Shown here: positions 51,806 through 64,000 of the stretch, piece by piece | How the letters are laid out: every line of letters starts with the position of its first letter | Position numbering within the stretch: the stretch's first letter is position 1 | Translations under genes and position numbers: made by a program | The notes under the pieces: generated by a model | Told to the model about the DNA's origin: nothing | The model's database searches: none | The model's input: only the letters and a program-made list of their open reading frames with translations | Assembly (NCBI RefSeq): GCF_964213995.1 | Contig: NC_135801.1 | Coordinates: 30,628,001-30,692,000 of the forward strand | From: Mustelus asterias | Taxonomy: Eukaryota | Direction: 5' to 3' | Length of the DNA stretch: 64,000 bases

Positions 51806-52887
51806 TAGCATAAATCAGGTACTTTCCCCAAAGTAATAATGAAAAATAACAGGGGTGGCAAAATTTCCTGCCAAGTTGTGTCAATCTTCTGGCATGAGCA
51901 GAGAGGAAACTTAGACATACAAGCATGCTGCCAGGTCCTACCCACTTATCTCATAGCAATCTTCCAAAATATGAACGTAAATATGGGTAAGAATACTTTA
52001 ATAGGTTGATACTGAAGTAACTTCATGTGTCACATAAATCTCATTAAGATCTTAGCCATACTTAATATAAACAACGGCTGTACAAAACAGACTGGGAGTG
52101 TTAAAAACAAATTACTGCGGATGCTGGAATCTGAAAGCAAAAGAGAAAATGCTGGAAAATCTCAGCAGGTCTGGCAGCATCTGTAAGGAGAGAAAAAAGA
52201 ACTGGCGTTTCGAATCCAGATGACCCTTTGTCAAAGCTTTGTCAAATATCAGGACATATATCCTAACCTGATAAGGGTAATTTGGTGGATCAGAGGCATA
52301 TTCATTTACAACACCGAAGGAAGCCATTCGGCCCATTGTATCAATGGATAGACCATTAAATACACTACAATGAGTAGATTAGTGTCAGTTTCTCTAAGCC
52401 AGAGCAAACCATTTGTATTTTTTATGGTTGCCAGTCCCTTTAATCTGATGCAAATGCTGTAGTCCACAAAAAAGGATTCACAAACCTGACTATGGAAACT
52501 TCACCAAAGTTAATCATGAAGAAGATCTCTTTGTCTTCTAGTGGTGTTGTGTCCAGAGTGGAAAGTCTCACTGGTAGTCACTCTGAGCCATTCTAGTAAT
52601 ATTTTCTAGCAGTCAACAATAGGGTAAGGCCAATGCCTAGTAGGCAGTGCTTCAGCCTATCTTTTTTCTCATGAGGATGATGCTTGGAACAAGGAGACTT
52701 AAATGAAGCAAAGCAAAAAAAAAAATACATTGGATGTGCTGCAAAAGTCCTTTTCGCACAGGTTTACATAACTGATTGTTAATAAATTAAGAGATCACCT
52801 TCTGGCAGCTATTTAAGCAATTCTTTCTCTTACAACTGGTCCTGTGATCACGCAATACTGGGCTCTTAGGAGAGTACATTGCATTAC

Positions 52888-53028
52888 CTTGATGCTGGTT
52901 TTCCAATGAAGGAGATCTGGTAACGTAACCAATATAAAACTCTGCTGCCTTGTGGAGATACTGATACAACAGATTTGCAGGTAATCTCACGTCGGGGTTA
53001 TTAATAATTAGAGGTAGGACATCACACA
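52888..53028 (-). CDS. INTS10: INTS10 coding exon (probably exon 6), 141 nt
   Basis: cag|TG TGT GAT...CAT CAA G|gtaatg. (V)[46 protein letters not shown]; also visible in ORF 52787..53029. Confidence 0.96.
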
Positions 53029-53765
53029 CTGTAGATACAAAAAGTACACTGAGTTATAGAAGCATTTATGTTACCACGAGAAAAAAGGTTTCATGTCATT
53101 TGGCAGTACAGGTATTATATTGGATTCGAAACTACAGGCATACAAACAGTTCAATTATACACTGCCCTCCTTCAAAAAAAGTACAGCTTAAGGAAAGGAA
53201 ATATATTATTAACACCTTTTTATGTTAAAGGAGAATAAATAATCTAAAAAGAGTATTTTTTGGAAATCAGAAATCATAGGAAGACATGATGGACCTCAAT
53301 TCTTGGATTATAACACAATGTAACAACACCTCAAGAATGACAAATACACTCAAGGGATTTTGCCAGATATTCAAATAGTACAGGGAGCAGCAGTCACCTG
53401 ACACCTCACCCAGCCAAACTTCCTCATATATCCACTTGCCACAAGCATCAGCCAATATCAAGAGCATCGCATCTGAGTCTGACCAATATCCACACACATG
53501 CACACTGCATTGTGAGCAGCAATGAGAAATAGGATCCTGGTTTATTATTCTCCTACCTCACCTAGGGGCAGTAAAGTGCACTGCAGTACTACTCTGGTTG
53601 TGATGAACTCAGAAAAAGTCAAAAATACTGAGATTTTACAAATCTAGATAACCCAGAACCATACCATATGGTGTATTTACCCATGCATCCATCAGCAAGT
53701 TCCAACTCAAAACAATCCAGGCATTGTTAGAAACTCATATTTTCATAAAGACTTTGCTTTCTTAC

Positions 53766-53847
53766 CAAATAACTTTCTAAAACAGTTGACAGGCGAGTCT
53801 TGATCATCAAGGTTTTCAGCTTCCAATAATGTTTCACCAAGGCTGAC
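53766..53847 (-). CDS. INTS10: INTS10 coding exon (probably exon 5), 82 nt
   Basis: tag|GTC AGC...TTA TTT G|gtaag. [27 protein letters not shown]; phase 0 to phase 1. Confidence 0.95.
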
Positions 53848-53949
53848 CTAATTTATGAAACAAAATAAACAAACCCAAAATATTTATCAGCATTGATTCA
53901 TTCATACTCAAAAACATTTCCAAGTTCCTAAAATCCCATTCTTAAAAGT

Positions 53950-54012
53950 CTTGCATTTAGCACACATTATATTTAAAGCCCTCAGCGTCACACATGCAAA
54001 GGTCACTGTAAA
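53950..54012. repeat. 63-bp element, copy A (copy B at 62250-62312)
   Basis: CTTGCATTTAGCACACATTRTATTTAAAGCCCTCA..GTCACACATGCAAAGGTCACWGTAAA; 59/63 identical to copy B. Confidence 0.9.
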
Positions 54013-54294
54013 CTGCACAATTATCAGTACAAATGAGGGAAGCCATTTGCCCCATTTAGCTCATTCTCTTATAAAAACCCACAACCTTCTCCCCTAACAC
54101 AATATCTAGCCACCTCTTAAATGCTTCCACCATGCTTCCCAGAAGACTATTCTACATATCAATCACTATGAAGTGCTTTATAACCTTAGCCCTAAACATA
54201 CCTTTCAACAGTATGCTCTAAGGTTCTTTGTTTAGCAGTCATGGTGAAACATGACAAATATGCCAGATTAGCCTTTTCTATTTCATCTAGCCTC

Positions 54295-54617
54295 GTAGAA
54301 ATCATAGAAACCCTACAGTGTAGAAAGAGGCCATTTGGCCCATCGTGTCTGCACCGACCGCAATCCCACCCAGGCCCTATCCCCATATCCCTACATATTT
54401 ACCCGCTAATCCCTCTAACCTACCTAAGACACTAAGGGGCAATTTTAGCATGGCCAATCAACCTAACCCGCACATCTTTGGACTATGGGAGGAAACCGGA
54501 GCACCCGGAGGAAACCCACGCAGACACGAGGAGAATGTGCAAACTCCACACAGACAGTGACCCAGGTCCCTGGAGCTGTGAAGCAGCAGTGCTAACCACT
54601 GTGCTACCGTGTCGCCC
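54295..54617 (-). mobile_element. HE1 SINE, young copy with small internal deletion
   Basis: Same subfamily as 8334-8681; lacks the box-B segment. Confidence 0.92.
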
Positions 54618-55839
54618 CTTAAATGTATATTCCTCCAAAAGATCCCCCTCTTATTCAACCCCTTTAAGACTGAAGAATCTAAGGCTTGATTGTTGGAATC
54701 AATCACTGTTAAGTAAACATTAACTGCCAGAAAGAACATTTAACACTGGCAATGTGGCCGACTCCATTTTGACTGGGACCTACCACAGGGATGCGAAGCA
54801 TCTACTCTTTTTAGGTGTTAGGCCCTTTTTAATATGGAAGGATATTTTTAATATGCAAACTGGAGTCCTATGATGCCAATTGAAATCAGAACTAGCCAAG
54901 GCCTATCCCTTGCACACTTTAACCAGCTCCATACACACGGCAACAGAAGCAGCTGAGGAACGGTTAGGTGTTAAATTATTTTTTTGTGAGCCCCAGAGGC
55001 ACAGTAAAGACCTCTGTCTGGCCCTGCAACTTTCATTGATGGCCCAAGCTGATCAATTAGGCAAGTTGCATTAGAATGATGGTTTGGCAGCACACATCTT
55101 GCCTGTAAAATTTAAATGGGGCTCTGCCTTCAAATCACAGAGTCTTCTTCTTTGCTGGAATGAGAGGCCAGCTAATTGTCCATCAGTCAAAGTCAATTCC
55201 ATTATCTCATGTTCTCTTTCCAATCATGTCTATATTGTTTTTCTTGCATTCTCTAGTCTATTCTTTTTCTTCTTTCAGTTGCTTTTCTCTCATATCAATT
55301 TGAGTGGATAGTGCAGCATGGAAGGAGATACTGCAGGCTGGCAAACTGCATTTTGTTATAGCACTTCCCTTGACATCTCCTACTTCTACACCCTCACATA
55401 TTGCTTCTTCCCTTTATGTCAGGTCACTTCCATTCCCAGTATCCACTCTCAGTTATAGTGACTATGCCCATTGCACTAATCCCTCAAGCCCTGTACAACC
55501 ATTAACCCTTACAGTGACATCAGCTTTCACTTATTCCCAAAGGTCTGAAGTCACCTTCTTCCCCCACCACCCCCACTCCTAAAATTCCCCTTTGTGTTCC
55601 ATCCCCTTCACCACCATTTCAATCTCTTATTGTTACCTCTCCAATTTGATCACCCGACCCAAGTTATTAAATTCTAATTGCCCTCCCACATTTCCTTATT
55701 TCACCACCATATCCTGTTCTCATTCCCCACAGTCCCTCTACCTGTAACTCTTCATTATTCCAGTTCACTCTCAGTGCCATACACCTACAACCTCAAACCA
55801 CTTCCCTCCACAATGCTCACCTGAAAAGCACAATCTATA

Positions 55840-56420
55840 GAATGGTTAAACGACAGGAGGCAGCCATTTGGTCTGTTGTGCTCTTGTCAGCTTTCTACAA
55901 AAGCGACTCTCCCAATCACACTCTCCTGTCCTTTCACCATAGCCCCACAAATTTCTCACAATTGGCCCTGCTTCCACTACACTCTTGGGTATTACATTCC
56001 ATATCCTAACCCTCACCGGGTAAAAAAGATTTTCCTCATGTTGTTGACAGTTCTTTTACCATTCATCTTAAATGTGTCCTCTGTCTTGACCCTTGTGTGA
56101 ATGAAAACAGTTTCCCTCTCTTTTACTCCATGCAAACCTCTCATGATCTTGAGCACCTCTTTCAAATCTTCCCTTAACCTTCTCTTCTCTATGGAGAAAA
56201 ATCCCAGCTTCTGAAATATATATGCAACTGAAGTCCCTTTTGCCTTGTAAATCTTTTCTGCATAGTCTTTAATGCCTTCATATCCTTCCTAAAGTGTGTT
56301 CCCTAGAATTGGATGCAATACACCAGTTAAGGCCAAACCAGCATTTTATAAAGATTCAACATTTCTTCCTTACTTCTGCACTCTATGTCTCTAGAAAACC
56401 CAAGATCCAATGTGCCTTTT
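55840..56420 (-). mobile_element. Decayed CR1 LINE 3' end
   Basis: Reverse complement of CR1 C-terminal and UTR motifs (e.g. TTCCCTTAACCTTCTCTTCTCTATGGAGAAAAATCCCAG). Confidence 0.7.
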
Positions 56421-56589
56421 TAACATAACGTTACATGGCATCTCCAAAATAAACCTGTAAAGATAGTCAGGCTTTTGCTAAAACAACTGCGATTGCAACC
56501 TCCTAGCAACATTGGGAAGTCAGTACTATTAAGCAATTTGTGCTGTCTAGATTTCACAGCCATCAATTTAAGGCCCAACTGAACAGTAA

Positions 56590-59500
56590 ATACATGCGAG
56601 TATGACTTAGTGGCTATTACAGAGGCATGGTTGCAGGATGGTCATGACTGGGAGTTAAATATCCAGGGGTATCAGACTATTTGGAAGGACCGACAGGTAG
56701 GTAAGGGAGGTGGTGTAGCTCTGAAATTTAAGGATGACATCAGGGTGGTAGTGAGAGATGATATAGGTTCTATGGAGAAAAAGGTTGAATCCATTTGGGT
56801 GGAAATTAGAAATAATGTGAAAATTTCACTGATAGACGTTGGCTATAGGCCACCAAATAACATCATGGTGGGGCAGGCAATTAGCAAAGAAAGGGCGACA
56901 CAGTGGCTAGCACTGCTGCCTCACAGTGCCAGGGACCCGGGTTCGGTGTGTGGAGTTTGCACGTTCTCCCCGTGTCTGCGTGGGTTTCCTCCGGGTGCTC
57001 CGGTTTCCTCCCACAGTCCAAAAGGTGTGCGGATTAGGTTGATTGGCCGTGCTAAAATGCCCCTTAGTGTCTGGGGGACTAACAGAGTAAATATGTGGGG
57101 TTCCAGGAATAGGACCTGGGTGGGATTGTGATCAGTGCAGACTCAATGGGCCAAATGGCCTCCTTCTGCACTGCAGGGGTTCTATGAACTGATGCATGTA
57201 AAAATGGTACAGCAATCATGATGGGGGATTTTAATCTATATGTTGATCGGTCAAACCAGGTCGGTCAAGGCAGCCTTGAGGAGGAGTTCATAGAACGTAT
57301 CCGCAATAGTTTCCTCAAACAGTATGTAATGGAACCTACAAGGGAGCAAGCTATTCTAGATCTCCTCCTGTGTAATGAGACAGGAATAATTAATGATCTC
57401 ATAGTTAGGAACCCTCTTGGAAGGAGCGATCACAGTATGGTTGAATTTAAAATACAGGTGGAGGGTGAGAAGGTAAAATCCAATTCCAGCGTCTTGTGCT
57501 TAAACAAAGGAAACTGCAATGGGATGAGGGAGGAGTTGGCTAATGTAGACTGGGAGCAAAAACTTTATGGTGGGACAATTGAGGAACAGTGGAGGACTTT
57601 CAAAATGATTTTCCACAGTGCTCAACAAAAGTATATACCAGTGAAAAGGAAGGCCTGTAGAAAAAGGGATAATCAGCCATGGATATCTAAGGAAATAAAG
57701 GAGGGTGTCAAATTGAAAGATAATGCATACAAAGTGGCAAAGATTAGTGGAAAACTGGAGGATTGGGAAATCTTTAAAGGGCAGCAGAAAGCCACGAAAA
57801 AAGTTATGAAGAAAAGTATGATGGATTATGAGAGCAAACCAGCTCAGAATATAAAAACAGATAGCAAACGTTTCTACAAATATATAAAATGATAAAGAGT
57901 GGCTAAACTAAACATTGGTCCTTTAGAGGATGAGAAGGGGGATGTAATAACTGGAAATGAGAAAATGGCTGAGGCATTGAAGTAGTACTTTGTGTCAGTC
58001 TTCACAATGGAAGACACAAATAATATGCCAAAAATTAGTGACAAGGCGGCTATGGCAGGTGATGAAAGAGGTAGTGTCGGGCAAGCTAATGGGGCTAAAG
58101 ATAGACAAGTCTCCTGGCCCTGATGGAATGCATCCCAGGGTACTAAAAGAGATGGTGGGGGAAATAGCAAATGCACTAGTGGTAATTTACCAAAATTCGC
58201 TGGACTCTGGAGTGGTTCCGGCAGATTGAAAAACAGCAAATGTGACACCACAGTTTAAAAAAGGAGTTAACTATAGGCCAGTTAGCTTAACTTGTGTAGT
58301 GGAGAAAATGCTCAAATCTATCATCAAGGAAGAAATAGTGAGATATCTGGATAGAAATTGTCCCGTTGGGCAGACACAGCGTGGGTTCATGAAAGGCAGG
58401 TGATATTTAACTAATTTACTGGAATTCTTTGAGGACATTATAGCATGGTGGACAATGGGGACGGTGGATGTGATGTATCTGGATTTCCAGAAGGCATTTG
58501 ACAAGGTGCTGCATAAAAGGCTGCTGCATAAGATAAACGTGTACGGCGTTATAGGTAAGTAATTGCATGGATAGAGGATTGGTTAACTAACAGGAAGCAA
58601 AGAGTGAGGATAATTGGGTGTTTTCTGGTTGGTGGTCATTGACTAGTGGTGTGCCTCAGGGATCAATGTTGGGACCGCAATTATTTACAATTTGCATAGA
58701 TGATTTGGAGTTGGGGACCAAGTGTAGGGTGTCAAAGTTCACAGATGACACCAAGATGAGTGGTAGATCAAAGTGTGCAGAGGACACTGAAAGTCTGCAG
58801 AGGGATATATATAGTTTAAGTGAAGGGACAAGGGTCTGGCAGATGTTGGTAAATGTGAGGTCATCCATTTTGGTAGGAATAGCAGCTAAATGGCTTATTA
58901 TTTAAATGGTAATAAATTGCAGCATGCTGCTATGCAGAGGGACCTGGGTGTCCTTGTGCATGAATCGCAAAAAGTTGGTTTACACGCACAGCAGGTAATT
59001 ATGAAGGCAAATGGAATTTTGTCCATTGCTAGAGGGATGGAGTTTAAAAACAGGAAGGTTATGTTGCAGCTGTATAAGGTGCTGGTAAGGCCACACCTGG
59101 AGTACTGTGTACAGTTTTGGTCTCCTTACTTGAGAAAGGATATACTGGCACTGGAGGGGGTGCAGAGTAGATTCACTAGGTTGATTCCGGAGTTGAGAGG
59201 GTTGGCTTATGAGGAGAGACTGAGCAAACTGGGACTATACTCATTGGAATTTAGAAGAATGAGGGCGGGGATCTTATATAAACATAAAATTAAGATGGGA
59301 ATAGATAAGATAGAAGCAGGGAGGTTGTTTCCACTGGCAGGTGAAACTAGAACAAGGGGGCATAGTCTCAAAATAAGGAGGAACCTTCTTCACCCAAAGA
59401 GTTGTGAATCTGTGGAATTCCCTGCCCAGTGAAGCAGTTGAGGCTACCTTGTTGAATGTTTTTAAGGCAAAGATAGATAGATTTTTGAACAGTAAGGGAA

Positions 59501-59630
59501 TTAAGGGTTATGGTGAATGGGCAAGTGGAGCTGAGTCCACGAAAAGATCAGACATTATGTTATTGAATGGCGGAGCAGGCTCGAGGGGCCAGATGGTCTA
59601 CTCCTGCTCTTAGTTTTTATGTTCTTATAT
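56590..59630 (+). mobile_element. Degenerate CR1 LINE ORF2 with nested HE1 SINE
   Basis: AITEAWL, GKGGGVAL, GDFN, SDHSMV, SGVPQGSMLGP, KFTDD and RPHLEYCVQFWSP spread over several frames, with many stops. Confidence 0.93.
56892..57188 (+). mobile_element. HE1 SINE nested in the CR1 endonuclease region
   Basis: The SINE interrupts the CR1 sequence, which resumes at AACTGATGCATG. Confidence 0.9.
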
Positions 59631-59983
59631 TGTTATAACCTACACCAGAGAATTTAATAAAATTTGCACAGAAAGTAGCATTGTAAACTTGAAATACTGA
59701 GCACAGGAGATGAAACTGTGACTCATAGTAAATCATCAGTAACAGCCACCCCTCATGTAAAATTCCTTCAGTCACTTGCCCTCCTCTGTCCCCAATAAAC
59801 GAAGCAATAATTATTCGATCACAAACTTCTGTTCACCCTTCCCCAATCCCCATGAAAACAAATCTAAGAAGTTCAAAAATCCTGTCTTTTCTCAGGTCTC
59901 CTACATTTGATAGACCAGAAAACAAGTCTAATTCAGCAAGCCGCCCAACAAAATTACTGAAATTGTAGGATCCTAGTATATTG

Positions 59984-60321
59984 TAGAATCATAGAAACCC
60001 TACAGTGCAGAAGGAGGCCATTCGGCCCATCGAGTCTGCACCGACCACCAATCCCACCCAGGCCCTACCCCCACATATTTACCCGCTAATCCCACTAACC
60101 TACGCATCTCAGGACTCTAAGGGGCAATTTTTAACCTGGCCAATCAACCTAACCCGCACATCTTTGGACTGTGGGAGGAAACCGGAGCACCCGGAGGAAA
60201 CCCACGCAGACACGAGGAGAATGTGCAAACTCCACACAGACAGTGACCCGAGCCGGGAATCGAACCCGGGACCCTGGAGCTGTGAAGCAGCAGTGCTAAC
60301 CACTGTGCTACCGTGCCGCCC
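59984..60321 (-). mobile_element. HE1 SINE, young full-length copy
   Basis: Same subfamily as 8334-8681. Confidence 0.93.
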
Positions 60322-61977
60322 TCATATTATATTCCCTCTAGCACCTCTCTATTTCAGCTGTAACGTGGGGCTCAATACTACTCACATTACTCATACTACG
60401 GCCTAATTCATTTCATATAGGCTCTTCATTATCTGTTGGCTTTTATTTTTCATATTGTGTGATAAAATCAAGAATACTTATCTCTTCTGCAGCCCGATGT
60501 GCTACCTTTAAAGTCCTGTAACATATACTCTAAATTGATTTGCACTTCCACGTTATCAATCCTACTTCAAATTTGGGTATACTTTCTGCTGCTGCTTTTT
60601 ACTAAGATGTATCACTTCACAATTAAAGAGCAAAGACAGAAATTCTAAGGTAGAGGACATGTGAGCAAATGGAAGGGAGACAATAATGCCATCTAATGTC
60701 AAGATGCCTGCAATTACAACTCAACAGTCAAATGTCAAAATGGGTTCTTGCTGTTATGCTGTGATTGAAAACTGTGACTTAATATTCATGACACAGAAGC
60801 ACAGAGAATGCACAATGGTCACAAGACATAGTTATAAAATCTTTAGAATGAAGGTCGCAGCTATAAAACTAACACTGTGACACTAAGTGCAAACCCTAAT
60901 TAGTACATCAGAACATCTATTTTAGCATTACAAACATTTGCCTCTTTTATTATTTGGACTTTTCATTTCAAGAATTTACATGATGGTGGCCTGCTCTTTC
61001 AGAAATGTCCTGTGATCTACTTTTATAAAACCGAATGAGATTTTTATTTCAATTCCCAGTGAAATTCGACAGAGGATAAGCATTTTTCTCACAAATTGGT
61101 AATCACCAGAACTCCAGCAGATCAACCACATTAAGTCATATCTCAGCTTAATGAGTTTTATCAGTTCTTGTCCCGAACACTAGACAGGAGCGCGTACAAC
61201 GGTGCATTTCTACTCACTCCCCTGCCTCCTGTTGACCAACATTTGAAGTGCTGTTGGCTGGTGAACACGTGGCATTCCAAAACCTAGATCACATTCAAAA
61301 CTGCTGGCTGCAACAGGATTGATTACAGTTGGCAGACACCATCTTTGTATTCCCGTTAGAGTAAAATCCAGATTTCACCAGAAAAAGGAAAAATAATCTA
61401 TCATTTGTTTGCAATCTTTGATTTTGAACTTTTAGGTGGGGGAAGGCGGAGTTATTTCATACCATTCTTTCCTTCTCCACATTTTCCATATTTTGTTACA
61501 TTATGTACTGGTCCCGACCAAGGTAGGAAGGAAACAAAATTGCTCCCAGATACCTGACAATGCCACTGTGCACTTTCCACTAGCTGTTGTGGACTTTGAT
61601 TTTTCCATTCTGGCCTATAAGGAAATGTCCAGTCTCTGCGAAGCATCACCCTCCACAAAACTACTGGGGTCAGGACTCACCAAGTGGTAAATCTTGGGAC
61701 TTGACCTCTTATGCTCCAGCTTGTCACTAAACGCTACAGGTTTTAAAATTTGTAGAAAACACCACATACAAAACCAGCAGATTATTTTGGTTCAGGAACA
61801 ATTTCTTGAAGTGAGAGAAACTACTGCATTAATTTTAAACTTTTTTTTTAATTAACCAACAGAACAGATCCATCGTAATTGCTGAAACAAAATACATGAC
61901 TCCAGCACAGTGACAATATACGGGTTAGTTAACAACAGTAAAATAACATTAGATTGGTATTATAAGAATATACATAC

Positions 61978-62117
61978 CCCGTGCTGTACTACAGATTCTG
62001 GAAACCGTCTTAAGAGCAGCAGCAACATTTCTGCTCTCTCTAATGTGTTGAAGCACTGCTCTGTTGCTTTAAGAAGCATTTCACATTGTATTCGACCTGG
62101 AAGGGTCTCAAACAATC
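61978..62117 (-). CDS. INTS10: INTS10 coding exon (probably exon 4), 140 nt
   Basis: cag|GA TTG TTT GAG...CAG CAC GGG|gtatgt. Translates (G)[46 protein letters not shown], matching the recalled vertebrate INTS10 sequence. Confidence 0.95.
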
Positions 62118-62249
62118 CTGAAAAGTAATTTAACACAGTTTTAAATCTCAGAAATGTACATTATATTATTTTGTACTTCAAAATTTCTTAAAGGATTCAT
62201 ATTTGGTTCTTGCAGATCTTTCAGAGCAGGCACATAAGGTCAATCAATA

Positions 62250-62312
62250 CTTGCATTTAGCACACATTGTATTTAAAGCCCTCAATGTCACACATGCAAA
62301 GGTCACAGTAAA
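62250..62312. repeat. 63-bp element, copy B
   Basis: 59/63 identical to 53950-54012. Confidence 0.9.
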
Positions 62313-62314
62313 TA

Positions 62315-63120
62315 GTTTGGAGACAGAAAGCAGTGTCTCTTGTTTTCCCCTCTCTGGAGTTGGAAATTCAGTTGCTGTTAGAAGCTGGTGGAAACAGACA
62401 TTGTCCCTGTCTCTCTCTCTCTCCAGAGGCTTTTTGGAAAGTTCCAGGACTGGAAAGCCTCAGAGACTTAATCCACCATTCAAAAGCCCAATTCACAGCA
62501 GGTGTTAAAAAGTTGAAAATCCAGCATCACATGAGCATACTTGCTTTTTGTGCCAAGTCTAGAAAGGGGTGCGTGTTTGTGGGATGGTTCTTGACTTGGA
62601 ACAACATAGATAGCTAGCGGTTAAGGTTTATACTGTATCTTGTTTGAATCTTATAATTGATAAAAGTTATGCTGATTCTTTTTATTATATTTTAACTGTG
62701 TTCTTAAATAAACTTTGTTTGATAAAAGCTTCCTAGTGGGTCACTTGAATCATACCTGAAGAGACAGACCTTATGCTCACCCATGCCAAATTGAAATGTA
62801 AAACCTTAGGATCTAGGCTATCTTCTTAAAACACCTTGGGGTTTCTGACCTGGGTCTTAACAACTGGGGGCTCTTTTGCAGAATTAAAATCTATATTCCT
62901 TGTCTGGTTTAAGATTATTGGACTCAGAAAACAGTGAGTGGTGAGTATACTTGTGGTTTCTTTTCAGGTGTTGCATTCAGTTTACATATCAATGCCTTGT
63001 GGAATAATGGCTCTTACAGTGGCTAAAAGTTTCCTGGGGATGGAAGAAGTTACTCAGGGTGGTTTACAAAAGGTGGTTAAAACAAAGCTTTTGGAATTGG
63101 CAAAATGCTGCAGTTGACAG
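62315..63120 (+). mobile_element. Gypsy-type LTR retrotransposon 5' remnant (LTR end, PBS, gag start)
   Basis: AATAAA, then LTR end ...TCTTAACA (62862), then TGGGGGCTC (62865-62873, tRNA-Pro primer-binding-site-like). ATG at 63007 gives MALTVAKSFLGMEEVTQGGLQKVVKTKLLELA, then the frame is truncated. Confidence 0.65.
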
Positions 63121-64000
63121 GTGAGAAATGCAGACAGCTCAAATACTACAGAAGGAAGCATCAAAGAGGAACCAGGGTATAATTGCCGGCATCTGCAGAA
63201 GCACACACATCTCACAGCCAAGAGGCCATTTTAACATCGACAACCCAGAGAGGCCAGTTTATAACTCAGAGCCTGAGAAACAGTTTATTTCAAAGTCGTC
63301 TTAGAGCCAAGATTGTGCAGAAATCTTCACAAAGGCAATTTAAATATCTTCGCTGAACCAGGAAAGAATATTTCCCAGACTTGATCATCTGCCTTGTATT
63401 GTATGGTAATTATGAGCTGTATTTGACTTATAAGTTTATTTAATTTGGATGCTGTTTGGGAACGGGAAAGTCTTAAGGAGTTCACGATCACATATATTTC
63501 AGAACAAGGGGCAATTTCTATATAAACTGTGGATGTGTTTAGTAATTCATATATTTAATTGTCTTTGAGTGTTATAGTCCTATTCATGTATGTTTATCTT
63601 TTAATTTAATAAATAGTCTTAGTAATTGTTACAGGATGATTGGGTGGTTATTCTTACTGGGGGTTTCACATGATTCCTCACACCATTCCAAAAACAAAAC
63701 TAAACAAACCGGCATTTCAAGTTGAAACACCCTCATCGATAATAACCGCACGGTTCATGTCACTACCTCTACAATTAACTGGAGGAAATGTTATGCCTTT
63801 TAGCATTTGGTGAAGGCAGCTTTGAAATTTCTCTGCCAGCAACTCGGGTTAGAAATAAGAGACTTAAATCCATTTTAAGAGATGTTCATATTAATTTAAA
63901 GCAGGATAGTGTCCAGCTCAACAAGCAAAGCTCACAAGGATGGCAGGAGTCCGAGACAACACAAGTGAATTAGCACTTTAACAGGAGCAAACAGCTGCTT

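Noticed and set aside
62120-64000. Upstream INTS10 exons (N-terminal ~100 aa)
   Set aside because: No matching peptide with splice sites was found; these exons presumably lie beyond the window.

Overview
Vertebrate genomic DNA, almost certainly an elasmobranch (shark), judged by many HE1-type tRNA-derived V-SINEs, CR1/HER1 LINEs and Penelope-like elements. The one host gene I can support is INTS10 (Integrator complex subunit 10) on the minus strand. I traced 14 constitutive coding exons by hand, from 62117 down to the stop codon at 15594-15596. They total 1829 nt in one phase-consistent frame and probably correspond to exons 4-17 by human numbering; the first exons lie beyond the window's right end. 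The most notable observations are: (1) a minor-spliceosome (U12-type) intron whose in-frame 3' end is CG rather than AG; (2) a 72-nt frame-preserving cassette exon surrounded by a cluster of TGCATG (Rbfox) motifs; (3) a Penelope-derived insertion carrying a minimal hammerhead ribozyme and a 252-bp inverted copy of adjacent intron DNA; (4) a 63-bp element repeated just upstream of two consecutive exons. The rest is mostly transposon debris (CR1, Rex/Babar, L2, Penelope, Gypsy LTR, Deu-type SINEs, a MITE). I see no evidence for a wholly new multi-gene system. Repeat boundaries are approximate, and family and gene assignments come from recalled motifs, not database searches.
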